Assembly (NCBI GenBank): GCA_043228905.1
Contig: JBHGNT010000021.1
Coordinates: 9,362,001 to 9,426,000 of the forward strand
Source: Azolla caroliniana
Lineage: Eukaryota > Plantae > Polypodiophyta
Direction of reading: 5' to 3'
Length of the DNA stretch: 64,000 bases
Part shown: one piece after another, positions 37,630-50,300 of the stretch
How the letters are laid out: each line of letters begins with the position of its first letter
Numbering within the stretch: the stretch's first letter is position 1
Notes under the pieces: generated by a model
Told to the model about the DNA's origin: nothing
What the model saw: the letters and a program-made list of their open reading frames with translations, nothing else
Database searches by the model: none
Program-made: the position numbers and the translations under genes

Positions 37630-40600
37630 AACGAGAGAGCATACATGTGCTTTTACACTTGAACCTATCGCGCAAGGCATCAATGCTCGGCTAAGTTTTT
37701 TCTGTCCTGTTTGTCTTTTCTTTCTTTTATCTTTTGATTTACAACATGACTTCTAGATGAAACCATAAGGAAACACATGAAGAAATTATAAGTAAGGAAG
37801 AATTTTTAGATGTCCTTAACCGTTTAGTTAAAATAGAAAAATGGGCGAAAGAGATTGAAGCTGAAAAACAAAAAGATAAGGAAGAAAAGGAAGTGCTTAT
37901 TGCTGAAATAATGAAACTTAAATTAGACAACACAAACCTTCAGAAACAAGTTAAGGACCATGAGACATCTAGGGAAGAGGGTGAAATATCTTCCCTAGAG
38001 GATATTAACAACGAGATAAAAAAGATTAAGGAAGAGGTTAAAAGCGATATGGAATTAGCAAAAATTGGGTGGGTTGATGTAGTAAAACGTAATATTGAAA
38101 AGGAACTAAAGGATGAAAATATTGTAAACACTACCCTTGAGGAGGAAAAAATGCGTCATGCTCGACGCCTAAATGTACGAGTTACTGGGCTCAAGGAAGG
38201 GGCATCTCCTAATGAAGATGCACAAACATTAGGGAAAATGTTGGGGTAGGAAGCCCTACCAATTACTAAAACTTGGAGGGTAGGACGTGACACCACTAGG
38301 AAAAGTGCTTTGGTCCTTCAGTTTAAGGACTCAGAATCTAGAATCACATTTTTTAAAAAGAGACCAATTCTTCGATGATTGGGCATGGACCCTATCTACT
38401 TCGATGAAGATCTGGCCAAGATGCAAATTGAGCATCGTAAAACTTGTATGCCGCGAGTCATACAAGCTCGTAAAGAGGGGTATTGTGGTATTGCGCTTTT
38501 TATCGAGACAGGCATGTAATAATAAATGATCGCGCCGCCAATTGACGTAGTGTGGCCATTGTGACAGACAATAAGCTTAGGATGACTTTATGGAACTATA
38601 ACGGTGCACTTTGGACACACCTTAGCCGTCTAGAGGAGATTTTGAAGGTATTTGACATACTTTTTTTAGTAGAAACACATCAGAGCCCAAGTCGAGGACT
38701 GCCACGAGTTGACGGTTTTTGTTGGGAATCTGTCTTTAGACAAACCTCACGTCGACATACTACTAGAGGGTCTGGAGGGGTTGCGATACTATTTCGGAGA
38801 GAGATACATAATAGGATAGAAATACTAAAGAAAGACCTAGAAGCCCATTTTATGTGGGTGAAAGTCCTCACTAGCAAGGATCAGGCGATATTTATCGCCG
38901 TGTGTTACTTCCCCGCGAAGGATCCTAGTATAATATGGCTGGAGAGGTGAGTATAGTTCATGAAGGAACGCCAAATGGGCCTTCTCCATACGAACCTTTA
39001 TAGGATGACATAATCCGATATTCTTCTCAAGGGGAAGTCTTCCTTGTAGGAGATATCAATGCAAGAACCCAATCCCGACAATGCACAATATTTCAGATGG
39101 ATAGAAACCTCGAAATGGTGAATGTCGACCCCTTTAGACTTAAACATAACGCGTACATAAAAGGATCAAGGTGCGGACGTCACAAGCTTTGGCCATCATC
39201 TGCTTGAACTTGGAAGCTGACACCAGATGATCATATATAATGGCTTAGCCAAGTGGCCGGTCTCAGAAGTGCTCACATGTTTCCCACATGGAGGAGGGGA
39301 AAGCATTGTTGATTACCTAATAGGAGGCCCTGAAGCTAGCCACATGGTTAACTCCTTCCGGGTGGCCCCATGCCCCATTGGTGCAGACCATAGCTTCCTA
39401 TACTTTGAGCTAAAATGCGACACCTCCCACGTCACCAACTCTAGTCAACCAACCCATCACACCATAATACATTTCACCCATGAGCCTGATGACATCTACT
39501 CTCGACATGTTCAAGCCCATCTCTCCTCTTTTGATTCTTCCTTGCCTTTCGAGAACCTCACTACAGAACTCGCACACGCCCTTCACTCAGCAGCAATTAG
39601 TAGCTTCCCATACACGAACCACTCCAATCATAGTAGAATAGGGTCTATGCCACAGAACAAGTGGTATGACGCGGATTGTAGAGAGTTGTATAGACAACTT
39701 AAAGTGTCACGACTTAGTGGTACTATTTCCTCAGTATAGGCTCGAAAAGAGATGCGCAAGATGACATGTCGTAAAAGACAAGCTTGGGAAGCATCCCAAT
39801 ATTGGGAACTCTACCATATGCTCAGGAGTAGGGATTGCGCCCTTGCATGTAAGAGACTACGGGAACCGCGACCACAAACACCCATCGAGGATCTCAATAT
39901 TTGGCACACATATCGAGAGACTCTACCATGTCCCGAACCAACCACCCATCCCAATGCCTTCCACACCCCGACCTAACATGGGGACACTTTTCACGACCTC
40001 TAGGGTCACAAAGGTCATAAAAAAATTACAACATAGGAAATCCATGGACCACATAGGATTGCGAGCCGAGCACATCATATATGCTCGAGAGTGCCTAGCC
40101 CCCTTTCTCACTCTAATCTTAAACCGTGGCCTCACCGAGGGTTTTCCACCACAATAGACCATGAACACAGTGGCCCCTATACATAAAGGAGGGGACCCAA
40201 TGGACCCAAATACATATACAACCATTATGATAGGTCATACGCTCGCTAAACTATATGGTGCGGTAATGGAAGCGGAACTCATCGATTATATGGAAACATT
40301 AAGTCTTCGAGCACTTGAGTAGGCTGGCTTTAGACAAGCCTTCTCCACTATTGACCATATCTTCACACTTAGGTGCTTAATTGACCAGACGAAGGCTCGT
40401 AAGAAAAAACTATATTGTTGCTTTGTGGACTTCCGCAAAGCCTTTGACACAGTTCCTAGGGCGTAAGTTGGTTGATAGACTTAAGAGTTTGAAGATACCA
40501 AATGACTTAAGAGCAAATCTCTAGGTGCGTAAGATGCCCAAGTGGCCTACCGATTGTTTCACTAGCACCATTGGTGTAAAACAGGGTTGCCCCCTATCAC

Positions 40601-42260
40601 CGACTCTTTTTGGGATCTACATTGATGAGATCATTGATTTTATTGCTCGTAAGGGAGGCAAGGGAGTAGCTATTGGGGATACACAAGTTAGTCTCTTACT
40701 CTACGCAGATGACATTGTCTTGCTCTCGGAGTCAGAACATGACCTACAAAAGCATCTTAATGCCCTAGATGACTTTTGTACGCAATGAGGACTGGTAGTG
40801 AATCTAGCGAAAACTAAAGTCACATAATCCTCTCTCATAAACTAGTTGAGGTAGTTGGATCATATGTATACTTGAGAGTCACTTTTAGTGCTCGCTCGGG
40901 TAAATTCTCGATGACCCAGGAAATCAAAGATAGGCTAACGAGAGGGTATGCATCCCTCTCACTCTTAGAGGGACAATGCCACCAGGCATACTTTCAAGAG
41001 CCACGGACTAAGGGATGACTCTTCGACTCATTAGTAACCCCTTCCCTCATGTATGCATAAGTAGTATCGGCCCCAGGTCTACCATCTTTCATGTGGATGC
41101 AATTAGAGAGACCTTTGGTGACAATGTTATCATGTCAACTCCGAAGCAAATTGATAGTACCACATGACATTATTAGAGCAGAGTTCAGTTTGCCCCCGAT
41201 TTTAGTAGAAGCACTATTTCAAGTGGTAGTTTTTATTCATCGAATACATAGCCAACCACAAGATAGGATATCCCGTCGAGCCTTTGAGGCATCTCGATCC
41301 CTACATGTGTTTGGAGACACTAGCTCTTGGTATAGCACTGTGGTGAGTTGGTTACTTGCAAATGGCATAGACATTAATAACCTACCCCCCCTTAAGTATA
41401 ACCATGGGACTGACCAAACTTTAATATCTCATGAAGACTGTAATAAAGTGATACACCAAGAAATATGGCAAATTTACACACGATATAAATGGATCACCCC
41501 ACGAGAGCCACTCCCATCTAAAATGTTGTACTATAAGGAACACTTCTTGCACTTCTCTCAGTTAGGTTTTATTACACGACAAAGATGTCTAGATACATTC
41601 TTATCAAATGCACTAAGGGTGGCCATTGGACAACTTAGGATATCATCTCACCAACTTGAGATTGAGAATGGTCGGGCTAATAGAGTCCCTAGGGAGGAAA
41701 TGCTATGTAGGTTGTGCCACATAGAGATAGAGGATGAGTATCACTTCACATGCAAGTGCCCAACTTATGCCGAGATACGAGTGGAATACCAAGACATATT
41801 AGGACCCTCTCCCACCCTCTCCAAACTATTAGATACCCCGGATGTAAAGAGACTAGGTAGGTATATCTTAGAGCTAAAACAACATAGGGAGAGTAAATTA
41901 CAAAGTATTAACCATAACCCTTTTACTATTCATCAACTTGTAACTAGCGTAATTTTTCAGGAACAAGGGGAGACGATGAATGTGGATACACTTACGCCGC
42001 TCGGCCTCTCTCTTGAGGAAGCCGAAATGCAAAGAAAAACCAAACGTCCTCAGAGGTTGGGCTTCAAAACAAGTCGACACGGAGTAGAAATGATTAAGAA
42101 GATAAGGGAACGTGAGCTACGTCGACTAGAAGCTATGGTTGGGGTACCTTTTACATTGGGGCCACATGCCACATCCACGTCGAAACCCTTTGACCTCCCA
42201 CTTTTCTTCGAGAGACTTGGATGGAAATGAAATTAGGCCTAGTATAACATCATTTTCATA
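37630..42260 (+). mobile_element. Near-full-length RTEX-like LINE, family 2 copy a (ORF1 and ORF2, degenerate)
   Basis: ORF1 ~37746-38527 is coiled-coil-like with RRLNVRVTGLKE; ORF2 has EN (FLVETH, RGSGGVA, SIVDYL, ADHS), RT (GVKQGCPLSP, YADD) and LRISSHQLEIENGR..LCRLC..EDEYHFTCKC, ending at 42230. The 5' boundary is approximate. Confidence 0.88.
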
Positions 42261-42830
42261 TAGATAGATAGATAGATTATAATGTGAGACAAGGCGTTTG
42301 GGCACTCTCATCACTAGTGCCCAAACGCCTTGTCTCACATTGTAGTGAGTGTGAACTAAATCGTATGGAAGCAATGCTTTAGAAAAAGAATGGGATATGC
42401 TCTACCATGTATTGATGTGTTCACATCCCTGTTCATCAAAGAATACTTAGGTGCCACATATGCAATATATTGGTTGAAGCATGAGCCTCAACATTTTTCA
42501 AATGTCTTTGATACATTCGTGCTGCAAAAAGGCCTCATTCATAGAGAAACCTATTGATACATAATTAAACAAGTGTATTGCATGCCATCTTCCTAACCAT
42601 TTTTCTATATCTTGCATCCAATCATAAAACTAAAATATTCTTTTATGTGTCTTTTTGACTTTTTTAGCTTGTTTCACATGCGATTCTAGGGACTTTGAAA
42701 CCGTGTATTCAACAACCCTTTCCATGGCCATGATCTCAATGGAAAGTGATCCCGTCTTAAGAAGTGTGTGTTTGTGTACCTAATCAATAAAGGTTTAACA
42801 TGTAGTGAAAAGTTTTGTCATGAATATACT
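42261..42830 (-). mobile_element. Older family-1 LINE 3' fragment (copy c), tail-to-tail with LINE 2a
   Basis: Reverse-strand similarity to 11920-12470 (e.g. tccatggccatgatctcaatgg); ends in the family-1 tail ataatctatctatctatcta. Confidence 0.75.
42281..42341. repeat. Perfect 26-bp inverted repeat with a 9-nt loop
   Basis: aatgtgagacaaggcgtttgggcact-ctcatcact-agtgcccaaacgccttgtctcacatt. Confidence 0.97.
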
Positions 42831-44336
42831 TTCTCCATGTCTTTAATTGCTACATACAAATGTTCCAGGTTTAGTTTATGCCAAGCGATTTGACCAGTGT
42901 AAGCAACACAATTATTATTGTTAAGTAGTCTTCCTTTTTATGTATTCAAGGTTAGTTTAATGTAGGAAATACAAAATGAGGCTATAGTTAAGATGTCCAA
43001 GAAATGGCATTTGAGGTAAAGCGTCACTCAAGTAATCCGTCCTTCATGGAAAGTAGGAAAATCTTTGGTCAACATTAACATCACTAACCATCAAGTATTT
43101 TGACAAGTTGTGCCCATTAGTGGCTATCATGATATTCCTCAGTAAGGCAATACATCAATGAAATTGACAATGTCGACAAATAAAAGGTTGATAGTAGGCT
43201 ATGTCAAGCTTTTGATCATAAATGCACATTTGAAGATTCCTATATTCCTTAAGAACAACCACAATAAGAATCAAGCAAGCGAGTTATTTGGCATGTTGAA
43301 GGAAGTGTAATAAAGCTTACTTTCCTACCAACAAGGTTATTTTAGTGATGGCATAATGGTAAAGCTTATGTTTTGCACAATTAAAGTGGTGGGTTAATAA
43401 GCACAATGTTGATATCTTTTGAACAAACTTTTGTCATGAATATACTTTCTCCTTGTCTTTTAATTTTGGTTTTAGATCATCTTAATTGCTTTTAGATTTG
43501 GCTTTACAACATCAATATTAACTTTTTCACAACGTGAAGTTGTAATTCTAGTTTGAGATCATCAATTTGTTCCTAAATATGTGTTTAGATCATTAGTATT
43601 AGTTTTGCATTAAACAAATGAATGAAATGATTAATATCTTTGTACTTTAAAACCCCATTGCTGAAAAAAAGGATATATATACAAGAAAGGACAAAAAGTA
43701 TATGGAAACATATAAACGGACAATTGATCATGAACATAAAGAAGCTGCAACAAAAAGAAAAAATAGAATATGGAAAACATACAAAACTAACATAATAAAA
43801 GTCTTCTAAAATTTTAAAAATATAAAATGAAAATGAATGGCCAAAAACGAGAGATGAACTCCAAGATAAGGAAAAGGTCAATAATGAAAAGAAAAGCCAT
43901 GTGCATGGAAAAAAGAGAAAGAAAAAACCTTAATTCTGTCCAATTAAGATCCATAGTTAGTCTCTTACCTTTTCAAAAGCCAAAGCTTATTGCACAAACT
44001 CTATGTACCTTTCCTGAGTAAGTTTGCATGTTGTTTAGGTCTACATGCCAACATTCATTGCCCAATTTTTGAGTCCATTTACCATCACTTGGTTTCACTT
44101 CTACTTCCTGAGGTTAACAAATTGACAATGAAGCTTAAGATGACGAAATGTTTTCTGATTCGAGGGGACTAGCAAGAAAATGCTCTTTTCTCTAATCATT
44201 CATGCAAATTGTAGGAGGCATCCCTTCAAGGAGATATGTTTATGAGAATATGGCATAACATGATTTCAAGATAAAACAAGTATAAGATGGATGAGATTAG
44301 GCTTGTGTCTCTACAACCAAATGCCTCTCTCTGTGT

Positions 44337-44395
44337 TAGTGTAATGGTAAGGTTTCAAATTATTAACATGGAGGTACAAGGTTTGAATCTTGCCC
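44337..44395 (+). other. tRNA-like A/B-box cassette at the 5' junction of LINE 2b
   Basis: tagtgtaatgg at 44337 and ggtttgaatcttgcc at 44380 (43 nt apart); resembles the cassette in the C LTR. Confidence 0.5.
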
Positions 44396-44399
44396 TATT

Positions 44400-47300
44400 A
44401 GAGGATATAAAAGACGAGATTAAAATAGTTAAAGAGGAAGTTAAAAATAACATAGAGTTAGCAAAAACGGGTTGGGTAGATGTGGTTAAAAGAAATAAAA
44501 GATGAAAATATTGTTAATACGACCCTCGAAGAGAAGAAAATGTGCCACGACCGACACCTAAATGAGCGTGTCACTGGGCTCAAGGAAGGTGCATCCCCAG
44601 ATAAGGATGCACAAACACTTGGGAAAATGTTAGGGTACACAACGGCCTTACCTATCACCAAAGTTTGGAGGGCCGGACGTGACACAACTAGGAAGAGAGC
44701 CTTAGTTCTTCAATTTAAAGACTTAGACTCTAGAATCACTTCTTTAAGAAGAGACCAATTCTCTGAGGATTGGGTGGGGACCCTATCTATCTCGATGAAG
44801 ACATCACTAAGATGCAAATTGAGCATCGCAAGAACTGTATGCCACGAGTTATGCAAGCTCGTAAAGAAGGGCATCACGCCTTTTATCGAGATGGGCGAGT
44901 GATCATAAATGATCGCACTACTAATTGACGGCATGTGGCCCATGTGACAGAAAATACACTTAGCATGACCTTATGGAACTGTAACGACACACTTTGGACA
45001 CATCCTGGCCACCAAGAGGAGATATTAAAGGTATCGGATATACTTTTCTTAGTAGAAACACACCAAAGCCCAAATAGAGGACTCCCACGAGTCGAAGGAT
45101 TTTGTTGGGAGTTGGCTTTTAGACAAACCTCACGTCGATGCACTACCAGGGGATCTGGAGGTGTCGCAATATTGTTTCGGAGAGAGCTACATAATAGGAT
45201 AGAAATACTGAGGAGAGACCTAGAAGCTCATTTTATGTGGTGAAAGTCTCTACAAGCAAGGATAAGGAAATACTTTTCTCCATTTGTTACTTCCCCCTGA
45301 AAGGCTCACGTTATAATTTGGTTGGCGAGGCGAGATTAGTTGATGAAGGAGTGCCACATGGGCCTTCCCCATACGAACCTCTATCGGATGACATAATTAG
45401 ATATTCTTCCCAAGGGAAAGTATTCCTTGTAGGAGACTTTAATGCAAGAACCCAATCCCGACAATGCATAGTATTTCACATGGATAGAAACCTAGAAATG
45501 GTAAATGTAGATCCTTTAGACATATGCACCACACGTAGATCAAAGGACCAAGGTGCAGACGCCACGAGCTTTGGCCATCATTTGCTCGAACTTGGTAGTA
45601 CGCACCAGATGGTCATATATAATGGTTTAGCCAGGTGGCTTGACTCGGAAGAGCTCACATGTTCCCCACATGGAGGAGGGGAAAGCACAATTGATTATCT
45701 AATAGGACACCCTGAAGCTACCCACATGATTAACTCCTTCCGGGTGGCCCCATGCCCTATTGGCGCAGACCATAGTTTCTTATACTTCGAGCGAAAATGC
45801 GATATCTCTAACGTCACCAACTCTAGTCAACCACAACATCACACCACAATACATTTCACACATGATCTCTCTGACATATACGCTCAACATGTTCACACAC
45901 AATACCTTTAGAGAGCCTTGGTACGAAATTCACACACATCCTTCACTCCGCAGCAGTTAATAGTTTCCCATATACGAAACACTCCAATCAAGGTAGATTA
46001 GGATCTATGCCACAAAATAGATGGTATGATGAGGAATATAGGTAGTTACATAGACAACTTACAATATCGCAACTCAGTGGTAGCATTACCTCAATACAAG
46101 CTTGCAAAGAAATGCGCAAGATGACACGTTGTAAGAGAGGCTTCCCAATATTGGGAACTCTACCATATGCTCATGAGTAACGATTGCACCACTGCATGGA
46201 AGAGATTACGGGAACCAAGACCACAAACACCCATCAAAGATCCCAAACTTGGCACACATATACAGAGAGACTTTACCAAATCCCAAACCAACCAGTCATT
46301 CCAATGCCTTCTACGCCCCGGCCTACCGTGGGGACACTCTTCACAACCTCTAGGGTCACGAAGGTCATAAAGAAATTACAACATAGGAAGTCCATGGACC
46401 ACACAAGATTGCGAGCAGAACACATCATATATGAGAGCGAGTGCTTAGCTCCCTTGCTAACTCTAATCTTCAATCGTGTACTCGCTGAGGGTTTTCAACC
46501 ACAATGGACCATGAATACAGTGGCCCCTATACATAAAGGGGGGGACCCCATGCACCCAAATACATATAGGACCATTATGATAGGTCATACCCTTGCAAAA
46601 TATATGGTGCAGTAATGGAGGCAGAGCTTAGCAATTATCTGGAGACCTTAAATCTTCGCGCACCTAAATAGGCTGGCTTTAGACGTTGAATTGACTAGAC
46701 TAAGGCTTGCATGAAGAAATTATATTGTTGTATTTTGGACTTCCGCAAAGCCTTTGACACGGTCCCTAGGGAGCGGTTGTTTGATAGGCTTAAAACCTTG
46801 AGGATACCAGATGATATGGTTTGGGCCACCTACGCACTATATGAACAAGTGTCGTGGTGTGTTTGATGCCCAGGTGCCCTATCCGATTGTTTCACTAGCA
46901 CTATTGGTGTAAAACAAGGTTGCCCCCTATCTCTGACTCTTTTTGGGATCTACATTGATGAGATCACAGATTTTATTGCTCGTAAGGGAGGCAATGGACT
47001 AGTCCTTGGGGATACGCAGGTTCGTATCTTGCTCTATGCAGAGGACATAGTTTTGCTCTCTGAATCTGAACACGAGCTACAAAGGCACCTTGATGCCTTA
47101 GATGACTTTTGTGCACAACGACGATTGGTAGTGAATCTAGGGAAAACTAAAGTCCTTATCTTCCACACGTCAGCCCAAGTTAGAGCTAAGTGTCACCTAA
47201 CTATTTCCCATAGCCCAGTTGAGGTTGTTGGATCATATGTCTCTCTCGGAGTCACTTTCAGTGCCCGCTCGGGTAAATTTTCGATGACACAAGCAGCGAA

Positions 47301-50300
47301 GGATAAACTTACGAGAGGACATGCATCCCTCTCACCCCTCGAGAGATAATGCCATCAAGCATACTTCCAAGAGCCACGGACTAAAGGGTGGCTCTTTGAA
47401 TCATTAGTGACTCCCTCCCTCATGTATGCATCAACGGTTTGGGCTCTAGGACTACCATCTTTCATGTGGACGCAATTAGAGAGACCATTGGTGATGATGT
47501 TATCACGCCAACTCCAAAGCAAATCGACAGTCCCACATGACATTATTAGGGTTGAGTTCTGTAAACGATTACTTGCGGAAGCGTTAGAAAAAAGAGAAAG
47601 TAGAGAATACACAGAGTACACGGGAGAGACAAAGAGAGCAGAACGTAAAAGCTATATTAAAAACAATATAGACACTCTGTATTTACAACTATGCTCAGTA
47701 GCACTATTTATACAAGTCCTCGTGGGACTGACAGAAGTACCGCGTACTTCAATGCTCACACGAGCATCTGACACTTACTACGAGACTATAACTACCTAGT
47801 AGTCTAAACTAATACTAGGCCTCCGGTTACTGTCTGGATCCGGCTAACCGGCTCCCCAGCTCACCGGCTCTGTTGCTTGCCGGCTCGGTTGTTCATGGCT
47901 TACCGATCCGTCTCGCTTGTCGGCTCAGGCTTATTTAGCCGATCCGTCTCGCTTGCTGGCTCAGGCTTATTCAGCCGATCCGGCTCCAGTTGACCTTGCC
48001 GCCCAACACTCCCCCTCAAGCTCAACTTGAGGTTGGATCCTAGTGTCAGCCTCTGTGGCAGTCGGTTCTTCCAACTGACTTCTCCTGGCGTCGCTCCGCC
48101 TTGCTCGCACTCCTCGTCCAGTCCAGTTCTGTTTGCCACGACCCTTCTAGTTCTATGCGCCTCGACCTTCTCGGTCGGGATGTCTGCTCAATAGGCGCCT
48201 CTCAGCTCCTTCACTGCTATCACTCCGGCGCTTGCCGATCCGTCGGTTCCTCCGCGATGGAATAGACTCCCGTTGCATCCCTGTATGCTTGGCCTTGAAT
48301 TGATCCGATTCTTCCGAATCTGTCTGTTGAACTGAATCCACTGTCTCCGATTTGTTCCAGCTCTTGTCCAAATCGGTTGCTCTCGATTCGTCTTCTGGTT
48401 CCAAGCCCTTCACCACATCGGACCATGTCCGGGTCTTGGCCTTCTTCCTTCGCTCGGCTCTGTCCTTCTTCACTCTGCCGCCGCTGCCACTTGTTTCGAC
48501 TTGTTCGGACGTGTCGACTTCCCTTGTCGAATCGGCTCCTTTCTTCTTCTTGACTCTCCCTTCGTCTGTTCTTCCCTCACCGGCGCAATCGGGAGTCTCT
48601 TTGCCTTTGCCTGTTCCGGTGTCTTTGCCCATTCTCCCCCTCAAGTGTGGCACGTCGAGATGCTGAAGACCAAGCATTTTGGTGAAGTGTGCTGCAACTT
48701 GTTTGATCCAAGTGGTTTGGTGAAAATGTCGGCAACTTGCCGATCCGTGTGAACATACCGAAGTTCGACCTCACCGCTTAGGACACGCTCACGCACAAAG
48801 TGATAGTGCACTTCTATGTGCTTTGTGTGAGCATGGAATATGGGGTTCTTGGCGAGTTGCATGCTGCTTACGTTGTCGCAGTAGACCAGAATCAGGGTCG
48901 GTACCTCAATCCGTAGGTCTTGCAATAGTCGCCGAAGTCAAATGGCTTCACAGGTGGCAATGGTAGCGCCCCGATACTCAGCCTCAGTGCTCGACAGAGC
49001 AACTGTTAGCTGCTTTTTGTTGCTCCATGCAACAACTGCGCTCCCAAGGGAAAACATAAAACCGGAAGTGGATCTGTGATCCGACGTATCGCCGGCCCAG
49101 TCGGCATCTGTGTAACCGACTAGCTCTTCGGTTATATCTCGCCGGTAGAACAGTCCCCGGTCCTTCGTGCCGCTTACATATCGCAGTATCCGCTGCGCGC
49201 ACTGAAGGTGCTCCATGGTCGCTTCTACATGAACTGACTGATCATTCTGACCGGATAACTGATGTTGAGTCGCGTGATAGTCAAGTAAGTAAGGCTTCCA
49301 ACAATTTGTTGGAACCGTTTCTCGTTGCAGGCCGGTACAGAGTTGGGACGAAGCTTCTGGTTCCGGTCCAAGGGTGTGGAGATAGGTCGGCATTCTGTCA
49401 TGCCGAACTTGTAGAGCATATTCAAGACGTAATGTCGTGATGAGAGCAATATGCCATTGGGGGTTCGGATCACCTCGATCCCAAGAAAATAATGAAGGTC
49501 CCCCAGGTCCTTCATCTCAAATGTGTCCGACAACTGGGACTTGACGCGGTTGCCTTCTGGAAGACCCGGTCCGGTGATGACTAAATCATCAACATACAAC
49601 AGGATACATACCAGACCGGCTGAGCCTTGCCGGATGAACAACGAAGAGTCGGACTTGGAGGCCGCAAACCCCATCTTGCGCAATTGGTGCATGATCTTCT
49701 CATTCCAAGCTCGAGGGGCTTGCTTGAGGCCATACAACAACTTCTTCAGCCGGCATACCGCCAACTTGTTCATCTCCGATTGAAAACCGGGAGGCTAAGT
49801 CATAAAGGTTTCTTCTTCAAAATCACCTTGAAGAAATGCATTCTTCACATCCATCTGATGAAGATGTCATCCCCTTGCCGCAGCAACCGCCAACACCACT
49901 TGAACCGTCGTCATCTTCGCTACAAGAGCGAAGGTCTCGTCGTAGTCGATTCCGTGAGTCTGCGCGTATCCCTTTGCCACTAACCGGGCTTTATACTGGT
50001 TAACAGAACTGGGCTTTATACCAGGCTTTATACTGCGCGTATCCCTTCGGTGTTGTACTTTACCTTGTATACCCACTTGCATCCGATCGGTTTACAGTGA
50101 CGAAGAGGGTCAACCAGGTCCCATGTCTCATTGGCATCGAGTGCCCGCATTTCTTCGTCCATAGCGGCACGCCAATTTGCGGCCTTTGCAGCTTTTGCGT
50201 AACTCTCCGGCTCACGCACTTCCGCCACCTTAGTCATGTACGCATAGTGATGCGCCATGTACTCATTGTACCCGTATCATTTGACGGGATCCTTCTGGTG

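Noticed and set aside
37035-37694. ORFs of 62-162 aa rich in Thr, Val, Cys or ER repeats
   Set aside because: Translations of microsatellite and low-complexity DNA.
42830-44330. Possible gene or TE in the AT-rich spacer, including a ~40-bp repeat of 42812-42848 at ~43428
   Set aside because: No supported ORF or termini.
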